NCBI GenBank assembly: GCA_947574055.1
Contig: CANPIC010000007.1
Span: 2,567 to 66,566, forward strand
Direction of reading: 5' to 3'
Length of the DNA: 64,000 nt
Origin: an uncultured bacterium
GTDB taxonomy: Bacteria; Bacillota; Clostridia; Lachnospirales; Lachnospiraceae
Made by a program: the position numbers and the translations under genes. The number at the start of each line of letters is the position of its first letter. Within the stretch, counting starts at the first letter, position 1. Shown piece by piece: positions 9,772-19,616 of the stretch. Below the pieces are notes generated by a model that saw nothing but the letters and a program-made list of their open reading frames with translations, was not told the DNA's origin and ran no database searches.

Positions 9772-10689
9772 ATGGGTAAGACAGCATTTATGTTCCCGGG
9801 GCAGGGAGCGCAGTATGTAGGTATGGGGAAGGATTTTTATGACGCACTTCCGGTCTGCCGGGAGATGTTTGAGCTGGCAGGCAAAGCGAGCGGGCTGGAT
9901 GTGACCGCTTTATGTTTCGAAGAAAATGACAGGATCAATATTACCGAATATACACAGATTGCCATGCTGGCGGCAGAGGTTGCCATATTGAAAGCAGTGG
10001 AGGAAAAGGGCGTCCGGGCGGATGTAACGGCAGGACTGAGCCTGGGTGAGTATGGTGCGTTGACAGCGAGTGGTGTCATGAGCCCGGCGGATGTATTCAA
10101 AGTAGTGAGACAAAGAGGCATCTATATGCAGGAGGCTGTGCCGACCGGCGGCGCGATGACAGCCGTGATGGGACTGGAAGCAGAGAAGATCGAGGCTGTT
10201 TGTGAAGAGACCGAAGGGATCGTATCCATCGCCAATTATAACTGTCCGGGTCAGATCGTGATTACCGGAGAAGCAGAGGCTGTCAATGCAGCGGCAGAGA
10301 AATTGTCGGCAGCAGGGGCAAAACGGTGTGTGCCGCTGAAAGTAAGCGGGCCTTTTCATTCGCAGATGCTCGCAGGCGCAGGGGAAAAGCTGGGCAAAGT
10401 ACTGGCGGATGTGGAGATCGGAGAGATCGCGATTCCTTATATCGCCAATGTGACGGCTGATTATGTGACAGACAAAGGACAGGTAAAAGATCTGCTGACC
10501 AGGCAGGTGTCTTCTTCTGTCAGATGGCAGCAGACCATCGAGCGGATGATCGCTGACGGCGTGGATACTTTTATCGAGATCGGACCGGGCAGGACACTGA
10601 CCGGATTTATGAGGAAAATAAGCAGGGATGTAAAGACCCTTACGATAGAGAAACTGGAAGACCTGGAAAAACTGGCTGAGCTGGCATAA
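9772..10689 (+). CDS. fabD: Malonyl-CoA:ACP transacylase
   Basis: FPGQGAQ, GLSLGEY, VSGPFHS, EIGPG. Confidence 0.96.
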   Translation: MGKTAFMFPGQGAQYVGMGKDFYDALPVCREMFELAGKASGLDVTALCFEENDRINITEYTQIAMLAAEVAILKAVEEKGVRADVTAGLSLGEYGALTASGVMSPADVFKVVRQRGIYMQEAVPTGGAMTAVMGLEAEKIEAVCEETEGIVSIANYNCPGQIVITGEAEAVNAAAEKLSAAGAKRCVPLKVSGPFHSQMLAGAGEKLGKVLADVEIGEIAIPYIANVTADYVTDKGQVKDLLTRQVSSSVRWQQTIERMIADGVDTFIEIGPGRTLTGFMRKISRDVKTLTIEKLEDLEKLAELA

Positions 10690-10716
10690 GACGGCTGCCG
10701 GAAAGGAAACAGATAT

Positions 10717-11457
10717 ATGTTAGAAGGAAAGGTTGCGCTGGTCACAGGGGCCAGCAGAGGCATCGGCAGAGAAATCGCACTGACACTGGCGGGATATGGG
10801 GCCACAGTCATTGTAAATTACAATGGCTCCAGAGAAAAAGCGCAAGAGGTCGTTGCTGAAATTGAAGCCAGGGGCGGCAAGGCAGAAGCGGTGCAGTGCT
10901 CGGTGGCAGATTTTGCTGCCTGTGGGGATATGATTACGGAAATGCTGGGCAAATATGGCCGGATAGATATTCTTGTGAACAATGCAGGGATCACAAAGGA
11001 TAACCTGGTGATGAAGATGACAGAAGAGGATTTCGATGCTGTCATAGCGACTAATTTAAAAGGCACCTTTAACACGATCAAACATATGTATCGGGCATTT
11101 CTGAAGCAGCGGAGCGGACGGATCATTAATATGACAAGTGTGTCAGGTGTATTGGGTAATGCCGGACAGGCCAATTATGCGGCTTCCAAGGCTGGCGTGA
11201 TCGGACTGACAAAGACCATGGCCAGGGAATTGGCCAGCCGGAATATTACGGTCAATGCGGTGGCGCCCGGTTTTATTGATACGGATATGACGCAGGCGAT
11301 GACGGATACGGCAAAAGAGGCCACACTGGCGCAAATTCCGTTAAAGCGGATGGGACAGCCGCGCGATATTGCAGAAGCGGTGGCGTTTCTGGCAAGTGAT
11401 AAGGCTTCGTATATTACGGGACAGATTATCAGCGTGGACGGCGGCATGGCAATATAG
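10717..11457 (+). CDS. fabG: 3-oxoacyl-ACP reductase
   Basis: [26 protein letters not shown]. Confidence 0.96.
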   Translation: MLEGKVALVTGASRGIGREIALTLAGYGATVIVNYNGSREKAQEVVAEIEARGGKAEAVQCSVADFAACGDMITEMLGKYGRIDILVNNAGITKDNLVMKMTEEDFDAVIATNLKGTFNTIKHMYRAFLKQRSGRIINMTSVSGVLGNAGQANYAASKAGVIGLTKTMARELASRNITVNAVAPGFIDTDMTQAMTDTAKEATLAQIPLKRMGQPRDIAEAVAFLASDKASYITGQIISVDGGMAI

Positions 11458-11595
11458 AATAAGACAGTTCACATTGCAGATCATTGTGAAGCAGAACCTG
11501 ATGGCGATGAGCCTGGTCAAAACTTGTAACACCTGACTACGGAAGGGATATTGGCAATGATCTGGCCAGTTATTATATGTAAAAGGAGAAGGAAA

Positions 11596-12831
11596 ATGAG
11601 CAGACGAGTAGTTGTAACAGGAATGGGTGCGATCACACCGATCGGGCTCAGTGTGGATGAGTTCTGGGACAGCATTAAAGCGCAGAAAACGGGTTTTGCT
11701 GAAATCACAAAGTTTGATACGACAGATTATAAATGTAAACTGGCTGCGGAAGTGAAGGGATTTGATCCCAAAAATTTTATGGACTTTAAATCGGCCAAGA
11801 GGATGGAAGCCTTCTGTCAGTTTGCAGTGGCTGCGACAAAGGAAGCCATGGAAGATTCCGGTCTGGATATGGAAAAAGAAGATCCCTATAAAGTGGGTGT
11901 TGCCGTAGGTTCCGGTATCGGTGCGCTGCAGGCGATGGAGCGTGAGCACAAAAAACTGCTGGAAAAAGGACCGTCCAGAGTCAATCCCCTGTTGGTTCCG
12001 CTGATGATTTCCAATATGGCGGCAGGTAATGTTTCCATCTATTTCGGATTAAAGGGTAAGAGCATCAATGTGGTGACGGCCTGCGCAACCGGTACACATT
12101 CCATCGGTGAGGCATTCCGCTCCATTCAGTATGGCGAAGCAGATGTGATGGTGGCAGGCGGTACGGAAAGCAGTATCACACCGATCGGCATTGCGGGTTT
12201 TACGGCGCTGACAGCTCTTTCCACCAGTGAAGATCCCACCAGATGCTCCATTCCGTTTGATAAAGAGAGGAGCGGCTTTGTCATGGGCGAAGGCGCTGCC
12301 GTTGTGATTCTGGAAGAGTTGGAGCATGCGAAAAAGCGCGGGGCAAAGATTTATGCCGAGGTTGTCGGATATGGTTCCAGCAGCGATGCTTTTCATATCA
12401 CCTCTCCGGCAGAAGACGGTTCCGGTGCGGCAAAGGCGATGGAATTTGCCATCAATGATGCCGGTATTGCCAAAGAAGAAGTGACTTATATCAATGCGCA
12501 TGGTACGGCAACCCACCATAACGATCTGTTTGAGACAAGAGCCATCCGGTTTTTGTTTGGCGAACATGCAGACAAGATCAAGGTAAATTCTACCAAGTCC
12601 ATGATCGGGCATCTGCTGGGGGCAGCCGGTGCGGCAGAGTTTATCACCTGTGTGAAGGAACTGGAAGAAGGATATATCCATGCGACAGTGGGCTATCAGG
12701 TGCCGGATGAAGAATGTGATCTCGACTGCTGTAAAGAGCCGGTGGAAGAGAATATTCGCTATGCCCTTTCCAACTCGCTGGGATTCGGCGGGCACAATGC
12801 GAGCCTTCTTGTAAAAAAGTATGAAGCGTAA
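11596..12831 (+). CDS. fabF: 3-oxoacyl-ACP synthase II
   Basis: RRVVVTGMG, TACATG, NAHGT, KSMIGHLLG, GFGGHN. Confidence 0.96.
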   Translation: MSRRVVVTGMGAITPIGLSVDEFWDSIKAQKTGFAEITKFDTTDYKCKLAAEVKGFDPKNFMDFKSAKRMEAFCQFAVAATKEAMEDSGLDMEKEDPYKVGVAVGSGIGALQAMEREHKKLLEKGPSRVNPLLVPLMISNMAAGNVSIYFGLKGKSINVVTACATGTHSIGEAFRSIQYGEADVMVAGGTESSITPIGIAGFTALTALSTSEDPTRCSIPFDKERSGFVMGEGAAVVILEELEHAKKRGAKIYAEVVGYGSSSDAFHITSPAEDGSGAAKAMEFAINDAGIAKEEVTYINAHGTATHHNDLFETRAIRFLFGEHADKIKVNSTKSMIGHLLGAAGAAEFITCVKELEEGYIHATVGYQVPDEECDLDCCKEPVEENIRYALSNSLGFGGHNASLLVKKYEA

Positions 12832-12926
12832 AGTTACGGTTCGGGCGGTCTTTGCACCGTGAATCGTAGCAGAATAAAAAGGTACATTTCCATGTGTACA
12901 TGGAAGTGGCGGAAAAGGGGATTGGT

Positions 12927-13364
12927 ATGGCAGTATTGACAGCAAAGCAAATCATGGAGATCATACCACACAGGCAGCCATTTATGCTGGTGGATACGAT
13001 CGAGGAACTGGAAGCGGGAAAGAGGGCCGTGGGAAAGAAATGCGTCTCCTATAATGAACCGTTTTTTGCAGGACATTTTCCGGGGGAGCCTGTTATGCCG
13101 GGGGTATTGATTATCGAAGCACTGGCGCAGGTAGGAGCGGTGGCAATATTAAGCCTGCCGGAAAACAAAGGTAAGACAGCTTATTTTGGTGCGATCAATT
13201 CCGCAAAGTTCAAAGGCAAGGTGCTGCCGGGGGATGTACTGATGCTGGAGACAGAGATCATAAAGTCCAAAGGGCCCATCGGAGTGGGCAGTGCCAAAGC
13301 CACGGTAGACGGAACAGTAGTTGCACAGGCGGAGCTGACATTTGCTCTGGGAAAAGCGGAGTAA
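12927..13364 (+). CDS. fabZ: 3-hydroxyacyl-ACP dehydratase
   Basis: [29 protein letters not shown]. Confidence 0.96.
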   Translation: MAVLTAKQIMEIIPHRQPFMLVDTIEELEAGKRAVGKKCVSYNEPFFAGHFPGEPVMPGVLIIEALAQVGAVAILSLPENKGKTAYFGAINSAKFKGKVLPGDVLMLETEIIKSKGPIGVGSAKATVDGTVVAQAELTFALGKAE

Positions 13365-13368
13365 GAAG

Positions 13369-14430
13369 ATGGGGGAAAAGAAAAGCAGAGCGCTTGTGAT
13401 CGGTAATTTAAAGGCGGAAGTGCCATTGATCCAGGGCGGTATGGGCGTGGGCGTCAGTCTGTCAGGCCTGGCCGGGGCAGTGGCAGCCGAGGGGGGAATC
13501 GGTGTTATCTCTACGGCCCAGATCGGATTCCGGGAGCCGGACTTTGACGATCATCCCATTGAGGCCAATCTGCGTGCCATCGGGCAGGAGATCAGAAAGG
13601 CCAGGGAGATCGCCGGAGGCGGCATCATTGGTGTCAACATTATGGTGGCCACCAGAGACTATGAACGATACGTGAAAGCGGCTGTTGACAGTGGGGTGGA
13701 TCTGATCATTTCAGGGGCCGGGCTGCCGATGAAGCTGCCGGAACTGGCGGGCGACTCGCAGACAAAGCTGGCACCTATCGTATCCAGCGTAAAGTCGGCG
13801 GAAGTGATTTTTAAATATTGGCTGAAAAAATATGACAGACTGCCTGACCTGGTGGTGATCGAAGGCCCCAGGGCGGGCGGCCATCTGGGTTTTAAGATGG
13901 AAGAATTGGAAGAAATCGACGATGCCGCCTATGATGAGGAGATCAGGAAAATCATTGCGCGGGTAGGGGACTACGCCTCCGCGCATGGCAAAGAAATTCC
14001 GGTCGTGGTGGCCGGCGGGGTATATGAGAGGAAGGACATGGATCATTACATGGAGATGGGAGCCGCAGGTGTGCAGGTTGCGACCCGCTTTGTGACCACA
14101 TATGAGTGTGATGCGGCCATGGCCTATAAGCAGACTTATTTGGATGCAAAAGAAGAGGATATCGTCATTGTAAAAAGCCCGGTCGGCATGCCGGGAAGGG
14201 CGATTCTCAATCCTTTTATGAAAAGGGCCAGAGAAGGTCGGATACCGCATGGGAAATGCCACCTGTGTGTCAGCACGTGCAAACCGGATCAGACACCTTA
14301 CTGTATTACGGATGCACTGGTCAATGCAGCGGTGGGCAATGTGGATCAGGCACTTTTATTCTGCGGGAGCAACGCGTTCCGCGCGGAGAAGCTGGAGCAT
14401 GTGAAAGAAATTATGGATGAATTCAGATAG
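13369..14430 (+). CDS. Nitronate-monooxygenase-family flavoprotein of the FabX/UfaA type (FMN + predicted 4Fe-4S)
   Basis: QGGMGVGVS, GAGLP, EGPRAGGHLG, KSPVGMPGR, C-x2-C-x3-C..YC cluster, all shared with H. pylori FabX. Confidence 0.8.
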   Translation: MGEKKSRALVIGNLKAEVPLIQGGMGVGVSLSGLAGAVAAEGGIGVISTAQIGFREPDFDDHPIEANLRAIGQEIRKAREIAGGGIIGVNIMVATRDYERYVKAAVDSGVDLIISGAGLPMKLPELAGDSQTKLAPIVSSVKSAEVIFKYWLKKYDRLPDLVVIEGPRAGGHLGFKMEELEEIDDAAYDEEIRKIIARVGDYASAHGKEIPVVVAGGVYERKDMDHYMEMGAAGVQVATRFVTTYECDAAMAYKQTYLDAKEEDIVIVKSPVGMPGRAILNPFMKRAREGRIPHGKCHLCVSTCKPDQTPYCITDALVNAAVGNVDQALLFCGSNAFRAEKLEHVKEIMDEFR

Positions 14431-14491
14431 TCGGAAGGCATAGCACAGGTGTGAAAGTAATGAAGATTATCCTGATAAATGGAGATAGATC

Positions 14492-15454
14492 ATGACAAGT
14501 AAAATAATAGGAACAGGAAGCTGTCTTCCCAAAACTACAGTGACAAACGATTTTTTATCCACAATCATGGACACTTCCGACGAGTGGATCTCATCCCGGA
14601 CCGGAATCCGGGAGCGGCATCTGGTAAAGGAAGAGACGACTGTGAGTCTTTCCATCGAAGCAGCTAGGCGTGCGCTGGAAGAAGCGGGCGTAAAGCCGGA
14701 AGAACTGGATATGATAGTGGTAGGCACGCTGACCGGTGATCATGTGACACCTTCTACCGCATGTGAGGTACAGGCGGGGCTTGGGGCTGTCAACGCGGTG
14801 GCCTTTGATATCAATGCGGCATGTGCCGGTTTTATTTTCGGTCTGCATACGGTGAATGCTTATATTCACAGCGGCATGTGCCGTCTGGCTCTTGTTATCG
14901 GTGCGGAAAGTCTGTCCCGTATCATGGACTGGACGGACAGGAGTACCTGTGTTCTCTTCGGAGACGGTGCGGGAGCGGCTGTGGTACGGGCTCAGGAATC
15001 GGGGCTGGTGGCCTATGACCAGGGAAGCGACGGAAATAAGGGAAAATATCTGGCCTGCCCGAACAGAACCAATAACAATCCGCTGATTCAGACGGATAAG
15101 ATTCTTGCCTACACCAAAATGGATGGTCAGGAAGTATATAAATTTGCCGTATCTTATGTGCCGGCATCCATTCAAAAAGTATTGGATGAGGCCGGAGTAA
15201 AAGCGGATGAGGTAAAATATTATCTGTTGCATCAGGCCAATCTGCGGATCATACAGTCGGTGGCAAAGCGGCTGAAGCTGAGTCAGGACAAATTCCCGAT
15301 CAGTCTGGATCACTGCGGTAATGTATCGGCAGCGAGTGTACCGATTCTGCTTGATGAGGTAAACCGCAAGGGATTGCTTCAGAAAGGGGATAAGATTATT
15401 ATGTCCGGCTTCGGCGGCGGCCTGACCTGGGGAACCTGCCTGATGGAGTGGTAG
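14492..15454 (+). CDS. fabH: 3-oxoacyl-ACP synthase III
   Basis: DTSDEWI..RTGI, AACAGF, LFGDGAGA, HQANLRI, GFGGGLTWG. Confidence 0.96.
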   Translation: MTSKIIGTGSCLPKTTVTNDFLSTIMDTSDEWISSRTGIRERHLVKEETTVSLSIEAARRALEEAGVKPEELDMIVVGTLTGDHVTPSTACEVQAGLGAVNAVAFDINAACAGFIFGLHTVNAYIHSGMCRLALVIGAESLSRIMDWTDRSTCVLFGDGAGAAVVRAQESGLVAYDQGSDGNKGKYLACPNRTNNNPLIQTDKILAYTKMDGQEVYKFAVSYVPASIQKVLDEAGVKADEVKYYLLHQANLRIIQSVAKRLKLSQDKFPISLDHCGNVSAASVPILLDEVNRKGLLQKGDKIIMSGFGGGLTWGTCLMEW

Positions 15455-15499
15455 GAGCAGGCTGTGCCGGTTAAGCGGCTGTTGGGATAACATGTATCA

Positions 15500-15530
15500 G
15501 CCGGAGAATACTTTTATCGTATTCTCCGGC
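15500..15530 (+). terminator. Perfect 12-bp hairpin after the fab operon (terminator or 3' stabiliser)
   Basis: GCCGGAGAATAC-7nt-GTATTCTCCGGC; U-tract weak. Confidence 0.55.
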
Positions 15531-15569
15531 GTTGTGCTGTCAGAGCATCACTAGAACGGAGGGGAAAAT

Positions 15570-18386
15570 ATGCATAAGGTCAGAAGATACGGGGGAATCA
15601 TGGCAGTGCTGATGGTTTGCCTGTTTTTTTTGATATCTCTGCCGACGGATGAGGGGAAAGAGCGTGGAGAGGCGGAGCGGGAAGGGGAGCAGGTGGAGGC
15701 CGGCGAGAATGAGGAGCAAACTGGCGCCGCCGGCTTGTCCGGTGAGCCACGAACAGCCACGGCAGAGCCGGTCTATGTTCCGCAGGCCGGGTATCGGCAT
15801 GTGACGATGGGCCGGGGGGATTATGCGTGCTGGAATGATCTGCTGATCCTGGGTAGAGATATCTATCGGAAAGTGGATGGTGTCTATCGCAGAAGCGGTG
15901 AGATGCCGGAAGAACTTTTCGGGCTGCGTACTGACGGCGGCAGGAAACTGCATGATGGGGTAAGGCAATATAAAAATCTTCTCGTTGCGAGGCGGGTCAA
16001 TACGTTTTTGGTTTGCAATATGGATACCGGCAGTATCAGAAGCTATCGGTGCAGCCAGTTGCTGGAAAACAGCGATATAACGGTGAGCCCCTGCTGGTAT
16101 CTCTACGAGGGGGCAATCTATTATATGGTGAGTGCCGGGACAAAAACGGAAGACGGCGATGGGAGGGAGACGGACGAAGCGTGTGTGGAAGAGAGGACTA
16201 TGCTTCGCCGTCTCCATCTGCCAGATGGCAGGGAAGAACTCCTGTATACACCACAGGAAGCAGGATGGAAGCTGCAGGAGCAGTTTATGATCCGGGACGA
16301 TGGCTGTATCATCACGGAATCGGTCTGCGGAGAGGACAGCGATAGAGCAAGGCTTTGTGTGACAGATCAGGAAGGAGTCACGGAGCAATGGGCAGAGATC
16401 CGTTATCAGCAAGAGAGTCAGGGACGGGGATATGGCGGGGCGGACTGGCTGGCTTTTAACGAAACCGGTCTGTTTGTGCTGGATGGCCGGGGCCGGGAGT
16501 TTGGCAAGACGCCTGTTTACTGCTGGCAGGCCGGGGGCAGCGGGCAGGAGATCGGGATACGCAGCGCGGATGGTGCTATTTTTGCGGATTATGGGTATTG
16601 GCAATGCGAAGATATGACACTGTATGATCTCTGGGGAAATCAAAAGGTATCCTGGCAGTTACAGCCCGTTCGAGAGGAAGCAACAGGTTTTGCGGATGAT
16701 TCTGGCTATACCCTGAAACAGGTTATATTTGACGGGCGACAGGTCATGGCTTTTTATGAGGACAGCCAGAGCGGGACTTTGCAGATCAGCCGCATCAGGG
16801 TACAGGAAGGGGAGAAAGTGGTCCGGCCGCCGGACGTGATGCAGATGGTGCGTGAAGGCCGGGAGATGATTTCCATCACTTCGCGGGAGGAACAGGGAGA
16901 TATTGCCGGATACCGGTTTGAAAAAGAGGTGTCTGCGATGGGCGGCTATTTTATGGCTTATGTCGCCATGCCGGATATGCTTGTCAGCCAAAAGGCAGCG
17001 GGAAAGGGGATCTATGTCTCAGCGCATATCAGTGCGGCGCAGGCGTTTCTGGGAGAGATACTGCTGGATACCTTGTCCCGGCGGGGCGAAATCGGGGAAG
17101 CGGATCAGTCTTTGTTTTCTGCCTGTGCGATACAGCAGGCACAGGCGGGGGCAGATAAGCTGCCTGAAGGCTGGCAGGCAGATCCGCACAGGTATGATGT
17201 GTCTGTCAGGTGCAATCATCTGTACGGAGAAACCGGGTATGATTTTTTGTTTGTGTTTCATGAACCGGCAAAGGAAGCACAGCAGGGTGAGCGGGAAACA
17301 GAAGTGAGGATATTGGTGACAGTGGATGGACAGGGTATTATCCGCGGTCTGAGGATCATGACAGAGCCCAATTATGAAGGCGATTGCAGTCGGGGAATGG
17401 AGGAGAACCGCCTGCCGGACCATGTATGGCAGGCGCAGATTATCAGAGACGGCAGGGAAGAAGGGCGGCAGATTGTGCTGAATTTCGAACAGTTCTGGAG
17501 CCGTTATATGGATAGTAGTGAAATGAGAAATAAAATAGCGGCGGGTCTGCCGGGTCTGGCGGCCGGGGAGGATGTGACGGAAACTGCCAGGAGAGTGGAA
17601 GGTATTCTCAGAGATGTGCTGGAGAGCAGGGGGGAGTACATACCGGAGTACCGATCTGTATTTGCCACCACGGGCAGCTATGAGCGGTTTTTGGAGGCAG
17701 ACTGGGGCGAATTGGAAAGTGACTGGGAAGCAGGCCGGGGCTGGGACTGCTATTTTACTGACAGGACGAAAGAGACCGGGAGTGTCAGATTCCGGTATTG
17801 CTTTTATCCGGACTTTGCAAAAATCCCGGAAAGTGAGGCGCAGGCTGTGATCCTTGACTGTGAGATGGATGCACAAGGCTGTATCCGGGATACGGATATG
17901 CTGATTACGTCGGTGACAGAAAAAGAGCGGGCACAGGCCGCAAAGGGAGACAGCGGCAGGAAGCTGCTTATTTCCCGGGGAAAGGGGCTGCATGGCACAG
18001 CAATATCATCTGCCATCCCCGATTCCTTACTTGCAGACGCGGTATATGTGGGAGAAAAGATAAAAACAGAACTGAATGAAAAAACTGAAAGCGGCAAAGA
18101 GGTGTATGCGATGTTTGCAGAGGAAGGGAGAGCCGAAGAGTCGCTGCGGGATATGGAGCAGTGCCGGGAACTGGCAGGAAGCAAATGGAAGGCCGGGGAT
18201 GGCTGGGACTGTTATCTCATAGAGGAGGAGCGGCATGCGGGGTGTGATCACCTGCAGTATTATTTTTACCGTTATAAAGGGTTTGAAGGCAAAAACAGAA
18301 GTCTGGTAATTGATGTCTGGTTGTCAAAGCAGGGGATTGAGGACATGCAGACGCGAATGGTGGTGTATCAAGAAGCGGGAGTGTGA
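15570..18386 (+). CDS. Large hypothetical exported/membrane-anchored protein with three C-terminal ~110-aa repeats
   Basis: 938-aa ORF, GGAGG RBS, N-terminal basic + hydrophobic segment; no family recognised. Confidence 0.8.
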   Translation: MHKVRRYGGIMAVLMVCLFFLISLPTDEGKERGEAEREGEQVEAGENEEQTGAAGLSGEPRTATAEPVYVPQAGYRHVTMGRGDYACWNDLLILGRDIYRKVDGVYRRSGEMPEELFGLRTDGGRKLHDGVRQYKNLLVARRVNTFLVCNMDTGSIRSYRCSQLLENSDITVSPCWYLYEGAIYYMVSAGTKTEDGDGRETDEACVEERTMLRRLHLPDGREELLYTPQEAGWKLQEQFMIRDDGCIITESVCGEDSDRARLCVTDQEGVTEQWAEIRYQQESQGRGYGGADWLAFNETGLFVLDGRGREFGKTPVYCWQAGGSGQEIGIRSADGAIFADYGYWQCEDMTLYDLWGNQKVSWQLQPVREEATGFADDSGYTLKQVIFDGRQVMAFYEDSQSGTLQISRIRVQEGEKVVRPPDVMQMVREGREMISITSREEQGDIAGYRFEKEVSAMGGYFMAYVAMPDMLVSQKAAGKGIYVSAHISAAQAFLGEILLDTLSRRGEIGEADQSLFSACAIQQAQAGADKLPEGWQADPHRYDVSVRCNHLYGETGYDFLFVFHEPAKEAQQGERETEVRILVTVDGQGIIRGLRIMTEPNYEGDCSRGMEENRLPDHVWQAQIIRDGREEGRQIVLNFEQFWSRYMDSSEMRNKIAAGLPGLAAGEDVTETARRVEGILRDVLESRGEYIPEYRSVFATTGSYERFLEADWGELESDWEAGRGWDCYFTDRTKETGSVRFRYCFYPDFAKIPESEAQAVILDCEMDAQGCIRDTDMLITSVTEKERAQAAKGDSGRKLLISRGKGLHGTAISSAIPDSLLADAVYVGEKIKTELNEKTESGKEVYAMFAEEGRAEESLRDMEQCRELAGSKWKAGDGWDCYLIEEERHAGCDHLQYYFYRYKGFEGKNRSLVIDVWLSKQGIEDMQTRMVVYQEAGV

Positions 18387-18492
18387 ATGGTTTGGCCTGA
18401 AATGAAAAATGAGGCTTGTATTTTAGCCGAAACGTGTTATTATAATTACTTGATGAATAAATATACATTCTAGCAAAATGGAGGAGAAAGTT

Positions 18493-19377
18493 ATGAAAAA
18501 ATGGGCAGCAATCTTGATGACAGTATGCATGACGGCTATGCTGACTGCATGCGGCGGCGGAAAGGAAGAGGCGCCGGCAGCGGACAATGCAGGCAGTGAG
18601 GCAGGGACAGAAGCGGCAGCGGAAACAGAAAGCGGCGCAGCGCAGGAGAACAGCGAGGGGATTCCCAATACGGTAAACTCCCTGGACGATCTTCCCGGCA
18701 AGACGATCGGTGTACAGCTCGGAACGACAGGTGATATTTTTGCCAGCGATTATGAGGCAGATGGTTCTACCATCGAGCGTTACAACAAAGGCGCCGATGC
18801 GGTACAGGCGTTAAAGCAGGGTAAAATCGACTGCGTGATCATTGATGCACAGCCAGCACAGGCATTTGTGGAAAAGAATGACGATCTGACGATCCTGGAA
18901 GAGGATTTCGCGGTAGAAGACTATGCGATCTGCGTATCAAAGGATAAGGCAGAACTGACAGAGGCTATGAACGCGGCGCTCAAAGAACTGAAAGAGGAAG
19001 GCGTGCTGGATCAGATCGTGGCGAACTATATCGGCGATGATACAAAGGGAACCTGCCCTTATGAGACTCCCGCAGATGCGGATCATTCCAAAGGCAAGCT
19101 GGTAATGGCAACCAACGCGGCATTTGAGCCTTATGAGTATTATGAAGGTACGGAAATCGTAGGTATTGACGCGGAGATCGCAAGGGCGGTTTGTGATAAG
19201 ATGGGATATGAACTGCAGATCGAGGATATGGAATTTGATGCCATCATCAGTGCGGTACAGTCCGGCAAGGCTGATTTCGGCGCAGCGGGCATGACTGTGA
19301 CGGAAGATCGTCTGACAAGTATTGATTTTACAGATTCCTATGCAACTTCCACGCAGGTTGTTATTGTAAGAAAATAG
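18493..19377 (+). CDS. Polar amino-acid ABC substrate-binding lipoprotein (family 3), circularly permuted
   Basis: Lipobox LTAC; DL.GK.IGVQLGTT half precedes the KLVMATNAAFEPYE..DFTDSY half. Confidence 0.9.
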   Translation: MKKWAAILMTVCMTAMLTACGGGKEEAPAADNAGSEAGTEAAAETESGAAQENSEGIPNTVNSLDDLPGKTIGVQLGTTGDIFASDYEADGSTIERYNKGADAVQALKQGKIDCVIIDAQPAQAFVEKNDDLTILEEDFAVEDYAICVSKDKAELTEAMNAALKELKEEGVLDQIVANYIGDDTKGTCPYETPADADHSKGKLVMATNAAFEPYEYYEGTEIVGIDAEIARAVCDKMGYELQIEDMEFDAIISAVQSGKADFGAAGMTVTEDRLTSIDFTDSYATSTQVVIVRK

Positions 19378-19616
19378 ATTGTCGATTATAATAGTATATG
19401 TGTTACAGACAGGCGGACTGTTACATGGGTTCATGAAACGGCCCGCCTTCATTCCTGCAGGCAATGAGAGCAGTGCCATGCCTGCACGAGTATTTGGCAA
19501 AGGCCGCGGGCAGCAGAGCACCCCCCCAGCTTGCCAAAGGGTTTGCTTACAATCTGACCAGGCATGCCGGTCTTTTGGACGGTTCGCCTGCAGGACAAAG
19601 AGAAGGATGTGAAGGT

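Noticed and set aside
13369-14430. Calling this gene a second fabK or a true nitronate monooxygenase
   Set aside because: Has the FabX-type Cys cluster and GMGVG motif; canonical fabK already present
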